Positions 45,659 through 56,297 of a stretch of 64,000 nucleotides of DNA are shown here, one piece after another. The stretch covers positions 23,765 through 87,764 of the forward strand of contig JAGYNZ010000005.1 in the NCBI GenBank assembly GCA_018399745.1, in the 5' to 3' direction. Position numbers and translations under genes: made by a program. The DNA is from Deltaproteobacteria bacterium (GTDB lineage: Bacteria; Desulfobacterota; Dissulfuribacteria; Dissulfuribacterales; UBA3076). Numbering within the stretch: the first letter of the stretch is position 1; every line of letters begins with the position of its first letter. A model generated the notes under the pieces. That model was not told the DNA's origin. It did not search any database and saw only the letters and a program-made list of their open reading frames with translations.

Positions 45659-48211
45659 ATGATTACAGAAGAAAAACTAATTCCCTATAACACCTGTGGT
45701 CTGCCAGCCGGCCCTTTTTTGATAGTTGCACCGCATCCGGACGATGAGACCTTTGGAATGGGGGGCACGATCTTCCTGGCCGGTCACAAAGGCATTCCTG
45801 TACATGTACTCATTCTCACAGACGGTCAGCAGGGGGGGGATTTTTCCATACGGAGAGAGGAATCACAGCGAGCCTGTAAAGTGCTGGGCGTCTCGCGCCT
45901 CTATTTCCGGGGACTTCAGGATCGTCACCTTATAGAAACCTCTTTATCACAGGGTGAGGTATCCAGGATACTCGATGAAGTTGCACCCCGAACGGTCTTT
46001 CTCCCGGCGCTGCAGGAATTTCATCCTGATCACAGGGCTGCTGCCTGTATGTTCTGGCAGGCCCTCAGGGAACTGGATTTCCCGGGAGAAATTTGGCTTT
46101 ATGAAATTACGCGACAAGGCGAGGTTAACCGCCTCATTGATATTACGCCGGTGGTTTCCAGAAAGATCGAAGCGATCCGTTGCTACTCCAGTCAAATCAA
46201 TCAGAATAACTATGAGGCCGTTGTCCTTGGTTTGAATACAGCCAGATCGTACACGCTTGGCCGGGAGGTGACGCATGCGGAAGGCTTTCGGCAAATAGAG
46301 AACTGGAAGGCCAAGAGGCCTTTTGCAGAGTATATACAAGCGGTTAAGCACTATGGATATGGTTTTATGCAATTCTCACATCCTCTGGTTTCAATTATTG
46401 TCCGCACCAAAGACAGACCCCGACTCTTGAAGGAGGCCCTTGAGAGCATAGCAGCGCAGACATATTCACCTGTAGAAATCATAGTGGTCAACGATGGAGG
46501 AGAAAATATGTCTGCGCTGGTGAATTCCTTTCTCCCCACCCTTGGCAATATCAAGTTCATCCGGAATCCGGAGAGCCGAGGCCGTGCCGCTGCCGCCAAT
46601 CAGGGCCTTCAGGCCGCAGAAGGAAATTGGATCGGATTTCTTGATGACGACGATGTGCTTGAATCCTTCGGTCTGGAAAATTTAATTGCCTGTGCCCTGG
46701 AAAGAGATGCAGGCGTTGTTTATGGGCAGGTCTTAAGGGAGCACTACTTATCCGACGGCACCAGGGATCCTGAAAAACAGGACTATCTCTATGCCAGGGC
46801 TTTTAACCTAAATCAGTTGCTTGTGCAAAATTACATACCATTCAATGCCCTGCTTTTTAAGCGGGAAGCCCTGGTTAAGTGTGGATCTCTTGCTGAAGAT
46901 CTTCCCCTGTATGAAGACTGGGATTTGCTCCTTCGTCTGGCAGCTGATCATGAATTTTTATATGTTCCTGTATTAGTCGCCCGCTACAGGTGTTTCGGCA
47001 CATCCACCGCCGAGGGCAGTCGCTTTTCCGTGGAGGAGAGTATATCGGCAGAGAATATAGTCAGGGAACGCTGGTGCTCAAGACTGGGTCCGGAGATTGT
47101 TAAGGCCTTTCGGCGATACATAGATAAGGTGACAGCCGATCGTGGTTCCGGTCATCAGCCGCTTGAGAAGAAATCGTCCATTTCACGCCTCACGGGTGAT
47201 TTAGAAAAAACAGGAAACGGGCCTCAAGTACTCCAGGAAACAGTCGAGTCAGTGAAGAGAGAAAGGGATTTCTGGCAGGCGCAGGCAGGCCTTATGGAGG
47301 CATCGATCTCATGGAGAATCACCAGACCGCTCCGCTGGCTCAGGGCCTTTCAGATGAGGTCGGCAAAAGCACCTTATGCCGCGTCAGACTCACCTCCTGC
47401 ACGGGAATCAAAGGACGTGGGACATACTTTACCTGGATTCAAAAGACTGTTCGAACCGAACACAGAGGGTGTCATACGCGATATTTCTCCAAATGACCAG
47501 ATGTTTCACAATGACGAGGAATCACATTATCTGAGCGTGGGTCAGTCAGCACTTCGTTGCATTAAACTCGCCATGCTATCCGCTGGAAAGGACAGTGCGG
47601 ATATTCAAACCATACTGGACCTGCCGTGTGGACACGGCAGGGTGCTTCGGACTCTCAGGTCTGCTTTTCCCCATGCTCGAATCACGGCCTGTGATATATT
47701 GAAGGATGGGGTCGATTTTTGTTCAGAAACATTTCATGCAATACCTGTATATTCAACGGATAACCCAGACCAGATACCCATAGAAGGCGGCTTTGACCTT
47801 ATCTGGTGTGGATCTCTGCTCACACACCTGAGCAGTGACCGCTGGACCGGTTTTCTCGATTTTTTCAATTCGCACCTCAATCCGGAAGGCGTTTTCGTCT
47901 TTTCCGTCCATGGCCCTTCCTGCGTTCATGCGATTCGTGAAGGTCGCGTATCTTACGGGCTGGAGCAGGGTCAATTGACAAAACTGCTGAAGGATTACAA
48001 CCAATTTGGTTTCGGATATGCAGACTATGTCAACACAAAGGGTTACGGGATCTCCGTTTCTTCTCCTTCGTGGGTCCTGTCCAGGCTGGAAACGTTGTCT
48101 GATCTTCGTCTGATAGAATACCTGGAAATGGGCTGGGATGAGCACCATGACGTCATCGCCTGCATGAAGGATCCTCCGGCAGCACGCCTGGAGAGGGCCT
48201 TGGGAAATTAA
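45659..48211 (+). CDS. Multidomain PIG-L deacetylase + GT2 glycosyltransferase + coiled coil + SAM methyltransferase
   Basis: APHPDDE/HPDH; VSIIVRTKDR, VVNDGG, FLDDDD and EDWD; SISWRITRPLR; LDLPCGHGRV and FDLIWCGSLLTHL. Confidence 0.85.
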   Translation: MITEEKLIPYNTCGLPAGPFLIVAPHPDDETFGMGGTIFLAGHKGIPVHVLILTDGQQGGDFSIRREESQRACKVLGVSRLYFRGLQDRHLIETSLSQGEVSRILDEVAPRTVFLPALQEFHPDHRAAACMFWQALRELDFPGEIWLYEITRQGEVNRLIDITPVVSRKIEAIRCYSSQINQNNYEAVVLGLNTARSYTLGREVTHAEGFRQIENWKAKRPFAEYIQAVKHYGYGFMQFSHPLVSIIVRTKDRPRLLKEALESIAAQTYSPVEIIVVNDGGENMSALVNSFLPTLGNIKFIRNPESRGRAAAANQGLQAAEGNWIGFLDDDDVLESFGLENLIACALERDAGVVYGQVLREHYLSDGTRDPEKQDYLYARAFNLNQLLVQNYIPFNALLFKREALVKCGSLAEDLPLYEDWDLLLRLAADHEFLYVPVLVARYRCFGTSTAEGSRFSVEESISAENIVRERWCSRLGPEIVKAFRRYIDKVTADRGSGHQPLEKKSSISRLTGDLEKTGNGPQVLQETVESVKRERDFWQAQAGLMEASISWRITRPLRWLRAFQMRSAKAPYAASDSPPARESKDVGHTLPGFKRLFEPNTEGVIRDISPNDQMFHNDEESHYLSVGQSALRCIKLAMLSAGKDSADIQTILDLPCGHGRVLRTLRSAFPHARITACDILKDGVDFCSETFHAIPVYSTDNPDQIPIEGGFDLIWCGSLLTHLSSDRWTGFLDFFNSHLNPEGVFVFSVHGPSCVHAIREGRVSYGLEQGQLTKLLKDYNQFGFGYADYVNTKGYGISVSSPSWVLSRLETLSDLRLIEYLEMGWDEHHDVIACMKDPPAARLERALGN

Positions 48212-48322
48212 TGGTGTAGTCCTATAATACGCTTTTCGGAATATACTCTATAACTATACCAATTCAATGGCTTCAGGCATGGTCCCTAAAGTAATAATAA
48301 CGGTCTTCACGCAAAGCCTAAC

Positions 48323-51300
48323 TTATAGAAACTGTCTGAACACATCCATGGTTTTTTTTACAGCAATTTCCAGTGAATATCTCTCTTCTACTAATTGACG
48401 TCGTTTTTTTGAAAAATCTTGCCAATATTCAGGTCTTGTCAAGACATCCTCCATAGCCTGTATCAACTCTTCTAGGTTAGATGGAGATTCTTCTCTAGTA
48501 AAAGTGCCGAGATTTTCATTAGTTAATGACGTAATCTCACCAAAGCTGTTTCTTACCAATAGACCAATGCCAGGTTTTCCCAAGACCTCTTTTGCGCCCC
48601 CGACATCCGTAAGTATTAAAGGCAATCCAAAAAAAAGCGCCTCTGTCATTGCAATACTCCAGCCCTCGACTATGGAAGGTAACAGAAAGGCATCAGATAA
48701 CTTGTAAAGATCAACAACATCCTGAACATAGCCTGGGAACAAAATACGATCCGAAAGCTCCAGCCGTTCGACCCTTTCTCTTACCTCTCTAAAATAAAGA
48801 GGTTCCATAATGTTGCCTGCACAAATTACTTTTATATGAGGATGATCGGGCATCAGACGTTTCACAGCAGAAATGATGGCATGGTGATTCTTGCGCCCAT
48901 CCAAGGATGCGACGTTCAGGAATACGAAATCATGAGCGCCAAAACCGAAAGTATCTCTCGTTATTCTGGGAGAAGTCTGGTCCAAAAAAGATAGACGTAT
49001 AGTATCTACTCCGTTGGGGATTACCGAAATCTTATCCTGTGATATCTCCAGACGTTCAACCATATACTGAGATACATTATTGGATACGGCAATATAGTGG
49101 GTTATTTCAGGATCTGCTGACCTGAAGCTTTCGCGATCTTTTTTACTGAACCATACATATGAGTTATGTATTGTGGAAACTACGGGGATACCCAGCCTTG
49201 CCGCAATTCCCAGTCCGAAGTTACTGTAATGTGCATTAATCAAGGCAACGGATTGTTCACGCAGGAAGTGCTCATAACGTTGAACATCATTTTGTATTAC
49301 CTTGAGCAGAACTCCGGATTTGAGCGCACTCTCAGCCAATAATCCTCCTTTTTCAGCACATACTATTACAGGCTTAGCCTGGAGATAATCAAACTGCATG
49401 CCAAGATTGCAGACGACTTCCTCCATTCCGCCCTTGTCCATGCTGTTAATTTCAAGAGCGATACAGGGCCGGTTCTCAGGTAATAGCATAGGTTTTGGCA
49501 GATCGGCATCAAAGGACTCCCTGCCACAATCCTGTTCTATAAACAGGTCATTATTGGCAGCAGCCATTATGTAATCAGCTATTCCTGCTGGGGAATATTT
49601 TTTCAGGTATGCATCCACAATCGCTAAATCTGTTTCGGTATCAGCAGCATGGGCAAGCTGCTCTATGGCTTCATCAAGGCTGTCAAAGCAATAAGAATAC
49701 GGGGTGTCATGCCGATGCACTGAATTGCGGGGAAGGACGAGCGGCAGACCTGCAGCCAAAGCATTCTCATGATGCCATGAGAGATCTGCCGATTCCAAGG
49801 AGATTACAGGTGCCCACATGCATGATGTGGAACTTAAGAGAGGATACATGTACCCGGCATCTTTAGCCCCCAAAACATGGACGTTCTCACTTTTGAAGGA
49901 ACCGGGGATTTTTTCTCCATCAAGACCAGGGGGAGAAGCAAAGACAAAATCCCACTTGTCAAAATGTTTGACTGCTTTATGCACTAACTGCGTTTCAAGA
50001 TTTTTAAAAGGACCCCAATACACTACTATCGCCTCTCCATGCCATGGAAATTGCCATACATGGAAACGATTATCTCTGGCTTTTCTAAGTATTGTTGTCG
50101 GGAGCAGTGGCGACGTGAGACACAATGTCTTTTCGGCAACAAGCGGATCCGGATTATTCCTGTCTCTTTCCCAGCTTACAAAACGTTGTGCACCATACAA
50201 ATCGTCTTCTAACGCCGAAAAATTTTGCCCTTCGTCATTGGCAAGGATTGTCCAGCATTTCATTTCCTTCAGATAGGAACGTACTGGCCCCAGGAGATCT
50301 CTGTCTTTGACCCATAGTATGTATTTAAGGTCTTGTACCCTCCTTAACTGATCCAAATTATCGATGCCCAGGTGTGGCAAATCGGCCTGCTGCAATGAAT
50401 TGGCAGATTCGGGTACAATAACATAAAATTCGCAGGATTTTTCCTGAAAACCAGTGGCAAGTCTATAGTCCAAATCGCTGCTTTCAGTAACTGATTTTTC
50501 ACAGAGCATAAGCACTGCAAATTTGAGCTGATAGAAGTTTTTCCTGCCGTTGTGCCCTGCCACGAGCTTCTGAACATTTTCGTATATGTGGCTGGTCCCA
50601 TAGCGTTCGCTCAGACTATTACCATGAACTCTATACTGATAAAGTACTTGTTCGCTGTCCAGCTTGGAAATTTCGAACAGCTCGTTAATACGCAACCAGT
50701 AGTCATAGTCCTCGGTTCCTACCATGCTGGAGTCATAAGGTCCCAAAGCCTTTCCCACATCAGCCCGGTAAAGAAAACTTGCATTGATAAAGTTGTCTGC
50801 CGTAGCCCCCAGTGTTGTGACTTCAGATGGTAAGCTCAGAAGGTTGGTTTCGGATGGCGATTGATTATGTACTCTGTAATCGGAATCAAATAGGGGATTT
50901 CCGTTTTCATCAATAATCTCTACATTGCTATAAACCATGTCAACCATAGAATGTCTGATCAGAAAATCAACCATTGTCTCTATCTGAGCGGGCAACATTA
51001 TATTGTCAGCAGACGTCCATGTATAAAAGTGCCCTGAGGCAAAACGGAAGCCATTGGTAAGAGCCTTGGGGAGTTTTTGATTTGCTTGGCTCAGGACGAT
51101 GACATCGGGACGTCCGACATAAGGAGCTAGATACTTTTCCACACCATCCGTAGAACCATCATTTACTATTATCAACTGTATATTGGGATAGGTTTGATGC
51201 AGGACACTCTCTATGGCCAGACGAGCGCTTGTAGCGTGATTGTAAATAGGCAGGACAACCGAAACCAGAGGAGGTTTGTCTGTTATATGCCGGTAGCACA

Positions 51301-52879
51301 ATCCTTCGATTGATACTCTTTCCTTAATAGGTAGGTCCTTAAGCCCAGGTCTCGTTGAATCTCGATTATCTGAGATATTATATGATGGAGTGGAGCTGTG
51401 ATGAATTGTCCTCGTAAGCTTGGATTTCAGCCGCGGTCCGAAACGTAAGCGGACACTTAGAGGCAAAATGTGCCATAGATGGTATAATAAAGACAAGCTT
51501 CGAAAAGTCACTGACTTGAGCAATCGGTATACGCCGAGTACCAAACTTATGGGAAATCGGTTCAGCGTTTTGTTTAGTTCCTGCTCGCGGGCCTGAAGAT
51601 TGGCTTCATAACCGCGCAGCCATTCCAGCTTTTCGTCCAGAGAATGGTTCCACTGATCCAGATACTGCTCTTTTTTCCCTAGATTTTTTTGCTCCTTAAT
51701 GAGTTCAGGCACTTCCTTCCGATAACGATTCAACTCTGCCATAGCCTTATGGTAGTCAGAGAGATCTCCTACTTCGACTTGATAAAGCTGAAGTTCTCCA
51801 CTCAACTCTGCCATAGCCTTATGGTAGCCAGAGAGATCTCCTACTTCGACTTGATAAAGCTGAAGTTCTCCGCGCACCATTCCAAGATCACGAGCTAACT
51901 GCTCCAGTCTATGATCTCTGAGATCAATGAAACTAAGACGTCTTTGTAACTTTTCCGAAATAACACTAGGTATGGATATGGCCGGGTCCATATCACGAGC
52001 CCGTTCTATAAAAAGCTTGCTCCAGGGTAGCAATTCTAACAGACCGGAATTAATTAAAGATTCTGCCAGTGATAGATTGCACCGGGCTGTCTCCGACACC
52101 TTTTTCTCTGGAGAAATGATGCGTAAACGCGGGAAAATGTCCTGAATTGTGAGACTAGCTAAGGCCTTGGTGGTTATAACAGCTCTCTCAAAACAAATTG
52201 GCTCATCATTAGAAAAGGTCAGATTCCCCCCGTGCCATCTGTAGTAAATTAAGGCTTTGTGTAACCAGTGAGCAGAATGATGTGGCAGAAAACGCATCCA
52301 AACATCATAATCCTGGGTATAAATAAGGGTTTCATCAAAGCCGCCCAACTGGCGTAGGTAATCAGTTCGAATTAAAGCAGAAGGGGCAGGTATGAAATTG
52401 CGCTCAAATAGGTGAGGAAGGATTTCCTCTTCTGTTACATAGGGAACGTCAGTCCAGGATATAATAGTATCATCTTTGGAAGGATTCCCATATCTGTCTA
52501 CCGGAATTTGATTACAGAAAACTACGCCTAAATCAGGGCGATCATGAAAAATTTCAATTTGAGATGATAATTTGAGTGGATGTAAGTAGTCATCTGAAGG
52601 CAAGAAACTAAAATACTTACCACGCGCTATTTTTAGACCCCGGTTTAAAGTAGCACTTAATCCGCTGTTTTTTTGATGAAAAATCTGGATTCTCGGGTAG
52701 TCTTCAAATCTATCAACCAGCTCTTTAGTGCGATCCGTAGATCCGTCATCAATAATAATCAATTCCCAGTTCTGGAAATGTTGATCTATAACACTTTGAA
52801 TTGCCTGTTCTATAAACTCTTCGTGATTATAAGCAGGTATGATGACGGAAACTTCTAGATCAGTATACTCATTTTTCAT
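48323..52879 (-). CDS. 1518-aa multidomain glycosyltransferase (GT2 - coiled coil - GT2 - GT4-like - GT4)
   Basis: Two GT2 domains (VSVIIPAYN/DDGSTD; VSVVLPIYN/NDGSTD), a degenerate GT-B region, and a C-terminal GT4 (GGMEEVV, IPNGVD, LPSIVEGWSIAMTEA, TDVGG). Confidence 0.9.
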   Translation of the reverse strand: MKNEYTDLEVSVIIPAYNHEEFIEQAIQSVIDQHFQNWELIIIDDGSTDRTKELVDRFEDYPRIQIFHQKNSGLSATLNRGLKIARGKYFSFLPSDDYLHPLKLSSQIEIFHDRPDLGVVFCNQIPVDRYGNPSKDDTIISWTDVPYVTEEEILPHLFERNFIPAPSALIRTDYLRQLGGFDETLIYTQDYDVWMRFLPHHSAHWLHKALIYYRWHGGNLTFSNDEPICFERAVITTKALASLTIQDIFPRLRIISPEKKVSETARCNLSLAESLINSGLLELLPWSKLFIERARDMDPAISIPSVISEKLQRRLSFIDLRDHRLEQLARDLGMVRGELQLYQVEVGDLSGYHKAMAELSGELQLYQVEVGDLSDYHKAMAELNRYRKEVPELIKEQKNLGKKEQYLDQWNHSLDEKLEWLRGYEANLQAREQELNKTLNRFPISLVLGVYRLLKSVTFRSLSLLYHLWHILPLSVRLRFGPRLKSKLTRTIHHSSTPSYNISDNRDSTRPGLKDLPIKERVSIEGLCYRHITDKPPLVSVVLPIYNHATSARLAIESVLHQTYPNIQLIIVNDGSTDGVEKYLAPYVGRPDVIVLSQANQKLPKALTNGFRFASGHFYTWTSADNIMLPAQIETMVDFLIRHSMVDMVYSNVEIIDENGNPLFDSDYRVHNQSPSETNLLSLPSEVTTLGATADNFINASFLYRADVGKALGPYDSSMVGTEDYDYWLRINELFEISKLDSEQVLYQYRVHGNSLSERYGTSHIYENVQKLVAGHNGRKNFYQLKFAVLMLCEKSVTESSDLDYRLATGFQEKSCEFYVIVPESANSLQQADLPHLGIDNLDQLRRVQDLKYILWVKDRDLLGPVRSYLKEMKCWTILANDEGQNFSALEDDLYGAQRFVSWERDRNNPDPLVAEKTLCLTSPLLPTTILRKARDNRFHVWQFPWHGEAIVVYWGPFKNLETQLVHKAVKHFDKWDFVFASPPGLDGEKIPGSFKSENVHVLGAKDAGYMYPLLSSTSCMWAPVISLESADLSWHHENALAAGLPLVLPRNSVHRHDTPYSYCFDSLDEAIEQLAHAADTETDLAIVDAYLKKYSPAGIADYIMAAANNDLFIEQDCGRESFDADLPKPMLLPENRPCIALEINSMDKGGMEEVVCNLGMQFDYLQAKPVIVCAEKGGLLAESALKSGVLLKVIQNDVQRYEHFLREQSVALINAHYSNFGLGIAARLGIPVVSTIHNSYVWFSKKDRESFRSADPEITHYIAVSNNVSQYMVERLEISQDKISVIPNGVDTIRLSFLDQTSPRITRDTFGFGAHDFVFLNVASLDGRKNHHAIISAVKRLMPDHPHIKVICAGNIMEPLYFREVRERVERLELSDRILFPGYVQDVVDLYKLSDAFLLPSIVEGWSIAMTEALFFGLPLILTDVGGAKEVLGKPGIGLLVRNSFGEITSLTNENLGTFTREESPSNLEELIQAMEDVLTRPEYWQDFSKKRRQLVEERYSLEIAVKKTMDVFRQFL
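51730..51871. repeat. 72-bp in-frame tandem duplication (24 aa) in coiled-coil linker
   Basis: 51730-51799 and 51802-51871 differ at one base; encodes GELQLYQVEVGDLS(G/D)YHKAMAEL(S/N) twice. Confidence 0.95.
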
Positions 52880-53127
52880 CTTAATAATAGCTTTCTTGCA
52901 GGTTTGGACTAAATTTATTGAAGCCTGTATACTTTAAACTAAAAAAACTTGCAATTCCAGATAATTTCAGATGGCTGAGAATGACAGCTGAGGTTGCGAT
53001 ATTCAAACATCATGATAGATTTGGCTGAGGTTTTTTTACCTGCTTTTGGAAAATATTGACTTCTTGTTGTCCGCATATCCCAATGTACAAATTCAGTTTG
53101 CAGACAAAGCAGGTAAAAGGGAGTTAC

Positions 53128-53958
53128 ATGAACATAAAATTCTGGCTTAAAGATATTGTCTGTACTCCAGCCAGGTGGGCCGGGGTCATAGTCACGCACC
53201 GGGCGCTCTTGAAGGAGTTTATCAGTAAGGACCTGCGCGGGAGATATGCAGGATCCGCAGCGGGATTATCGTGGGCGGTCATCATGCCCCTGAGCCAAAT
53301 CGCCATATACAGCTTTCTGTTTACCCTGGTCTTTCGAGTAAAGCTTTCCATGATAGAGTTAGGGACAGAGAGCTTTGTGGTCTATATGCTCACAGGGCTC
53401 TTTCCCTGGCTTGCCTTCTCGGAAGGTCTGTCAAGGGCCACCGGGGGCCTTCTGGAAAATTCAAATCTGATTACAAAAGTCGTGTTCGCAGTGGAACTTC
53501 TGCCTGTTACCCATGTATCAAGCGCCTATATACTGAACGGGCTGGGGTTTATTCTGGTTTTAGCCGGCTTTACGCTGAAGGGTCTGGCCGGATGGACCTG
53601 GATGTGGATTCCGGTAGTGACGTGTCTGCTTTGGCTTTTTACACTCGGTCTGGCCGCCTTTTTCTCGGCCTTATGTATATTTCTAAGGGATACCCAGCAG
53701 ATTTTGGGTATTGTCATCTTTATGTGGTTTTATCTGACACCCATACTTTATCCCCTGTCCATGGTGCCGGTAACCTTCCACAGCTATCTCAGGGTCAATC
53801 CCCTTTTCTCTTTTATAGAGATCTACCATCAGATAATATTAAGGCATGTGATGAATTGGGAATTATTATTTGTGGCGGCACTGTGGACAACACTATCAGT
53901 ATTTCTTGGATTTTTCTTTTTTCACCGTTTAAAACCATCCTTTGCCGATGTCCTCTAA
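53128..53958 (+). CDS. wzm: Polysaccharide ABC exporter permease
   Basis: DLRGRYAGS..GLSW, GLFPW, NLITKVVF, LRD..Q, YLTPILYP, NPL and FADVL; RBS AAGGGAG. Confidence 0.9.
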   Translation: MNIKFWLKDIVCTPARWAGVIVTHRALLKEFISKDLRGRYAGSAAGLSWAVIMPLSQIAIYSFLFTLVFRVKLSMIELGTESFVVYMLTGLFPWLAFSEGLSRATGGLLENSNLITKVVFAVELLPVTHVSSAYILNGLGFILVLAGFTLKGLAGWTWMWIPVVTCLLWLFTLGLAAFFSALCIFLRDTQQILGIVIFMWFYLTPILYPLSMVPVTFHSYLRVNPLFSFIEIYHQIILRHVMNWELLFVAALWTTLSVFLGFFFFHRLKPSFADVL

Positions 53959-53977
53959 ACAGGAATTTTTATAACTG

Positions 53978-55105
53978 ATGAAACATATTATTGTAACTGT
54001 CGGAACCAGACCTGAGGCCATCAAGATGGCCCCTGTACTCAAGTCACTAAGCGAGTATTCGAAGGATTTCAGAGTGACACTGGTATCCACTGCCCAGCAT
54101 CGTCAAATGCTGGATCAGGTCCTGGATGCCTTTCAGATTGAACCCCAGGTGGACCTCGATATAATGCGGCCTGACCAGTCCCTGAGTGAGAGCAGCGCCA
54201 GGGCGCTCAGGGGCCTGGATGAAATATTGGCTGACCTGCGCCCGGACCTGTTGCTTGTCCAGGGAGACACCAATACAGTGCTGGCCGGTGCCATGGCGGC
54301 CTACTATCACCGGATACCCGTAGGGCACGTCGAGGCAGGGCTGAGGACCAACGACCTGTATCGTCCTTTTCCGGAAGAGATGAACCGTCGCCTGACCAGT
54401 CCTCTTGCCAGGCTGCATTTTGCGCCTACAGTAAAGGCCCGCGACAATCTCCTTCAAGAGGGTATCGCTGAAGACCGCATTTTTGTGACCGGCAATACAG
54501 TGGTGGACGCCCTGCTGTGGATAGCCAGGGAGAGGACCGATGCCCTGCCTCAGGAGGCCAGGGGAATATTGGATCGTGGCCGACGCCTGGTCCTGGTAAC
54601 TTCTCACAGGCGGGAGAGTCTTGATCGGGATCTGGACCAGATATGCCTTGCGCTGAGAGAACTCGTTCAATCCTTTGAAGACATTGAAATTCTCTATCCG
54701 GTTCATCTGAATCCACGTGTCCAGGAAACGGTCCGGGAAATTCTGGGCAATACCGAACGTATTCATTTGATAGCCCCCCTTTCTTATCCCGCCTTTGTCC
54801 AGGTCCTCCGTGCGGCCTATCTGATACTGACGGATTCCGGAGGGGTTCAGGAAGAGGCCCCCACCTTCGGGACCCCGATCCTGGTGCTGAGAGAAGTGAC
54901 GGAAAGGAGTGAGGCCATAGACGCCGGCGTGGCAAAGCTGGTAGGGGTCAAACGTAAGGATATTCTGAGGGAGACCTCGCACCTTCTGAAGGATCGCGAG
55001 ATCTACGCCGGATTTGCCAGGCCGTCAAATCCTTTTGGAGACGGCCATGCGGCGGAACGTATCAGCAGACACATAAAGGATTTTTTCGAATCTCAACAGG
55101 AATAG
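53978..55105 (+). CDS. wecB: UDP-N-acetylglucosamine 2-epimerase (non-hydrolysing)
   Basis: GTRPEAIKMAP, VQGDT, GHVEAGLRT, PFPEEMNR, VTGNTVVDAL, TDSGGVQEEAP and NPFGDG. Confidence 0.95.
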   Translation: MKHIIVTVGTRPEAIKMAPVLKSLSEYSKDFRVTLVSTAQHRQMLDQVLDAFQIEPQVDLDIMRPDQSLSESSARALRGLDEILADLRPDLLLVQGDTNTVLAGAMAAYYHRIPVGHVEAGLRTNDLYRPFPEEMNRRLTSPLARLHFAPTVKARDNLLQEGIAEDRIFVTGNTVVDALLWIARERTDALPQEARGILDRGRRLVLVTSHRRESLDRDLDQICLALRELVQSFEDIEILYPVHLNPRVQETVREILGNTERIHLIAPLSYPAFVQVLRAAYLILTDSGGVQEEAPTFGTPILVLREVTERSEAIDAGVAKLVGVKRKDILRETSHLLKDREIYAGFARPSNPFGDGHAAERISRHIKDFFESQQE

Positions 55106-55127
55106 TTGGTACGGTGTGTCGAATTCC

Positions 55128-56297
55128 ATGAGCCTCAAGGTCAAAGGACTCTCGGGCCGAACACTCATATATTTCTCACCTTTGGAATGGAGCGGTCTGC
55201 ATCAGCGGCCGCACCATCTGTCCAGGGTCATGGCCCACAGCTTCAAAAGGGTCATATTTGTCCAGCCTGCCGGTCTTCGTCCTGTATCGTTCTATGACTG
55301 GCGCCGCGTTCTGGCCTGGATACGTTTCCGTAAATCAGAGGGGTTGAAGCATCCGAATAATCTGCAAGTATGTACGCCGGTATTTATTCCGCTGACCGGC
55401 AGGACATGGGCGGATAAATTCAACTGCCTCTCCACCCTGAAGAGCCTTCACAGTCTGCTCAACAACTCTGTTTTCAAAGAGTCCATATTGTGGACATCGA
55501 CACCTGCACCACTATTGCGTTATCTGCTACCAGGGATGTCGAAGCAATATCTGATTTATGACTGGATAGACGATTACAGCCTGTTCAAAGACCTGCCGGG
55601 TGCAGTGATGGATACACAGAAATGGCTCCTGCAGAAGGCGGACTTTGTCTTTGCCTCTTCAAGGCATTTGTATGAAAAGGCCTGCGCTTTTCGCTCTCCC
55701 GACACGGTCGGCATGCTCTCCAACGGGGTTGATCTGAATCACTGGTGTCTGGGCGATAAGAAGAATGAAGTGCCGAAGGCAATTGCAAATATACAACATC
55801 CTATAATAGGCTATTTCGGCACCATATCACACTGGCTGGATACAGAGCTGATAAAATCCATGGCCCAAAGGCGTCCTCTGTGGCATTTTCTGTTTATAGG
55901 GCCTGCGTATAAGTCCAGGCTGGACAGCATTCTGGGTTTACCCAACATACACTGGATCGGGGAGCAGCCTTATAAATCATTGCCCTGTCTGGCCAACTGC
56001 TTCGATGCGGCCTGGCTTCCGTTTCGCCTGACCCCGCAGACTAAGGCCATCAATCCGGTAAAGATTTATGAGTATCTTGCCCTTGGGAAACGCGTCGTTG
56101 CGCCGTCATTGCCTGATTTGAAGAGACTCGGGCCTTATGTAATGCTGGCTGATGGCCTGTCTGAAACAGAGTCGGCGATTCTCAGCGCGATTCAGTCCGG
56201 ATCAGGGCCGGAAGATAAAGCAGGTTGCAGGGCCGTTGCAGCGGAATTTTCCTGGGACAGGCTCTGGAATGGGGCGTTAAAAGACCTCTCTGCTTGA
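55128..56297 (+). CDS. GT-B (GT4-like, TuaH-type) glycosyltransferase
   Basis: W.GLHQRPHHL, IYDWIDD, NGVD, IGYFGTI..WLD and NPVKIYEYLALGK.VV (alternative start 55116). Confidence 0.85.
   Translation: MSLKVKGLSGRTLIYFSPLEWSGLHQRPHHLSRVMAHSFKRVIFVQPAGLRPVSFYDWRRVLAWIRFRKSEGLKHPNNLQVCTPVFIPLTGRTWADKFNCLSTLKSLHSLLNNSVFKESILWTSTPAPLLRYLLPGMSKQYLIYDWIDDYSLFKDLPGAVMDTQKWLLQKADFVFASSRHLYEKACAFRSPDTVGMLSNGVDLNHWCLGDKKNEVPKAIANIQHPIIGYFGTISHWLDTELIKSMAQRRPLWHFLFIGPAYKSRLDSILGLPNIHWIGEQPYKSLPCLANCFDAAWLPFRLTPQTKAINPVKIYEYLALGKRVVAPSLPDLKRLGPYVMLADGLSETESAILSAIQSGSGPEDKAGCRAVAAEFSWDRLWNGALKDLSA

Noticed and set aside
54047..54982. Long antisense ORF (311 aa)
   Set aside because: Shadow of wecB with no recognisable motifs.
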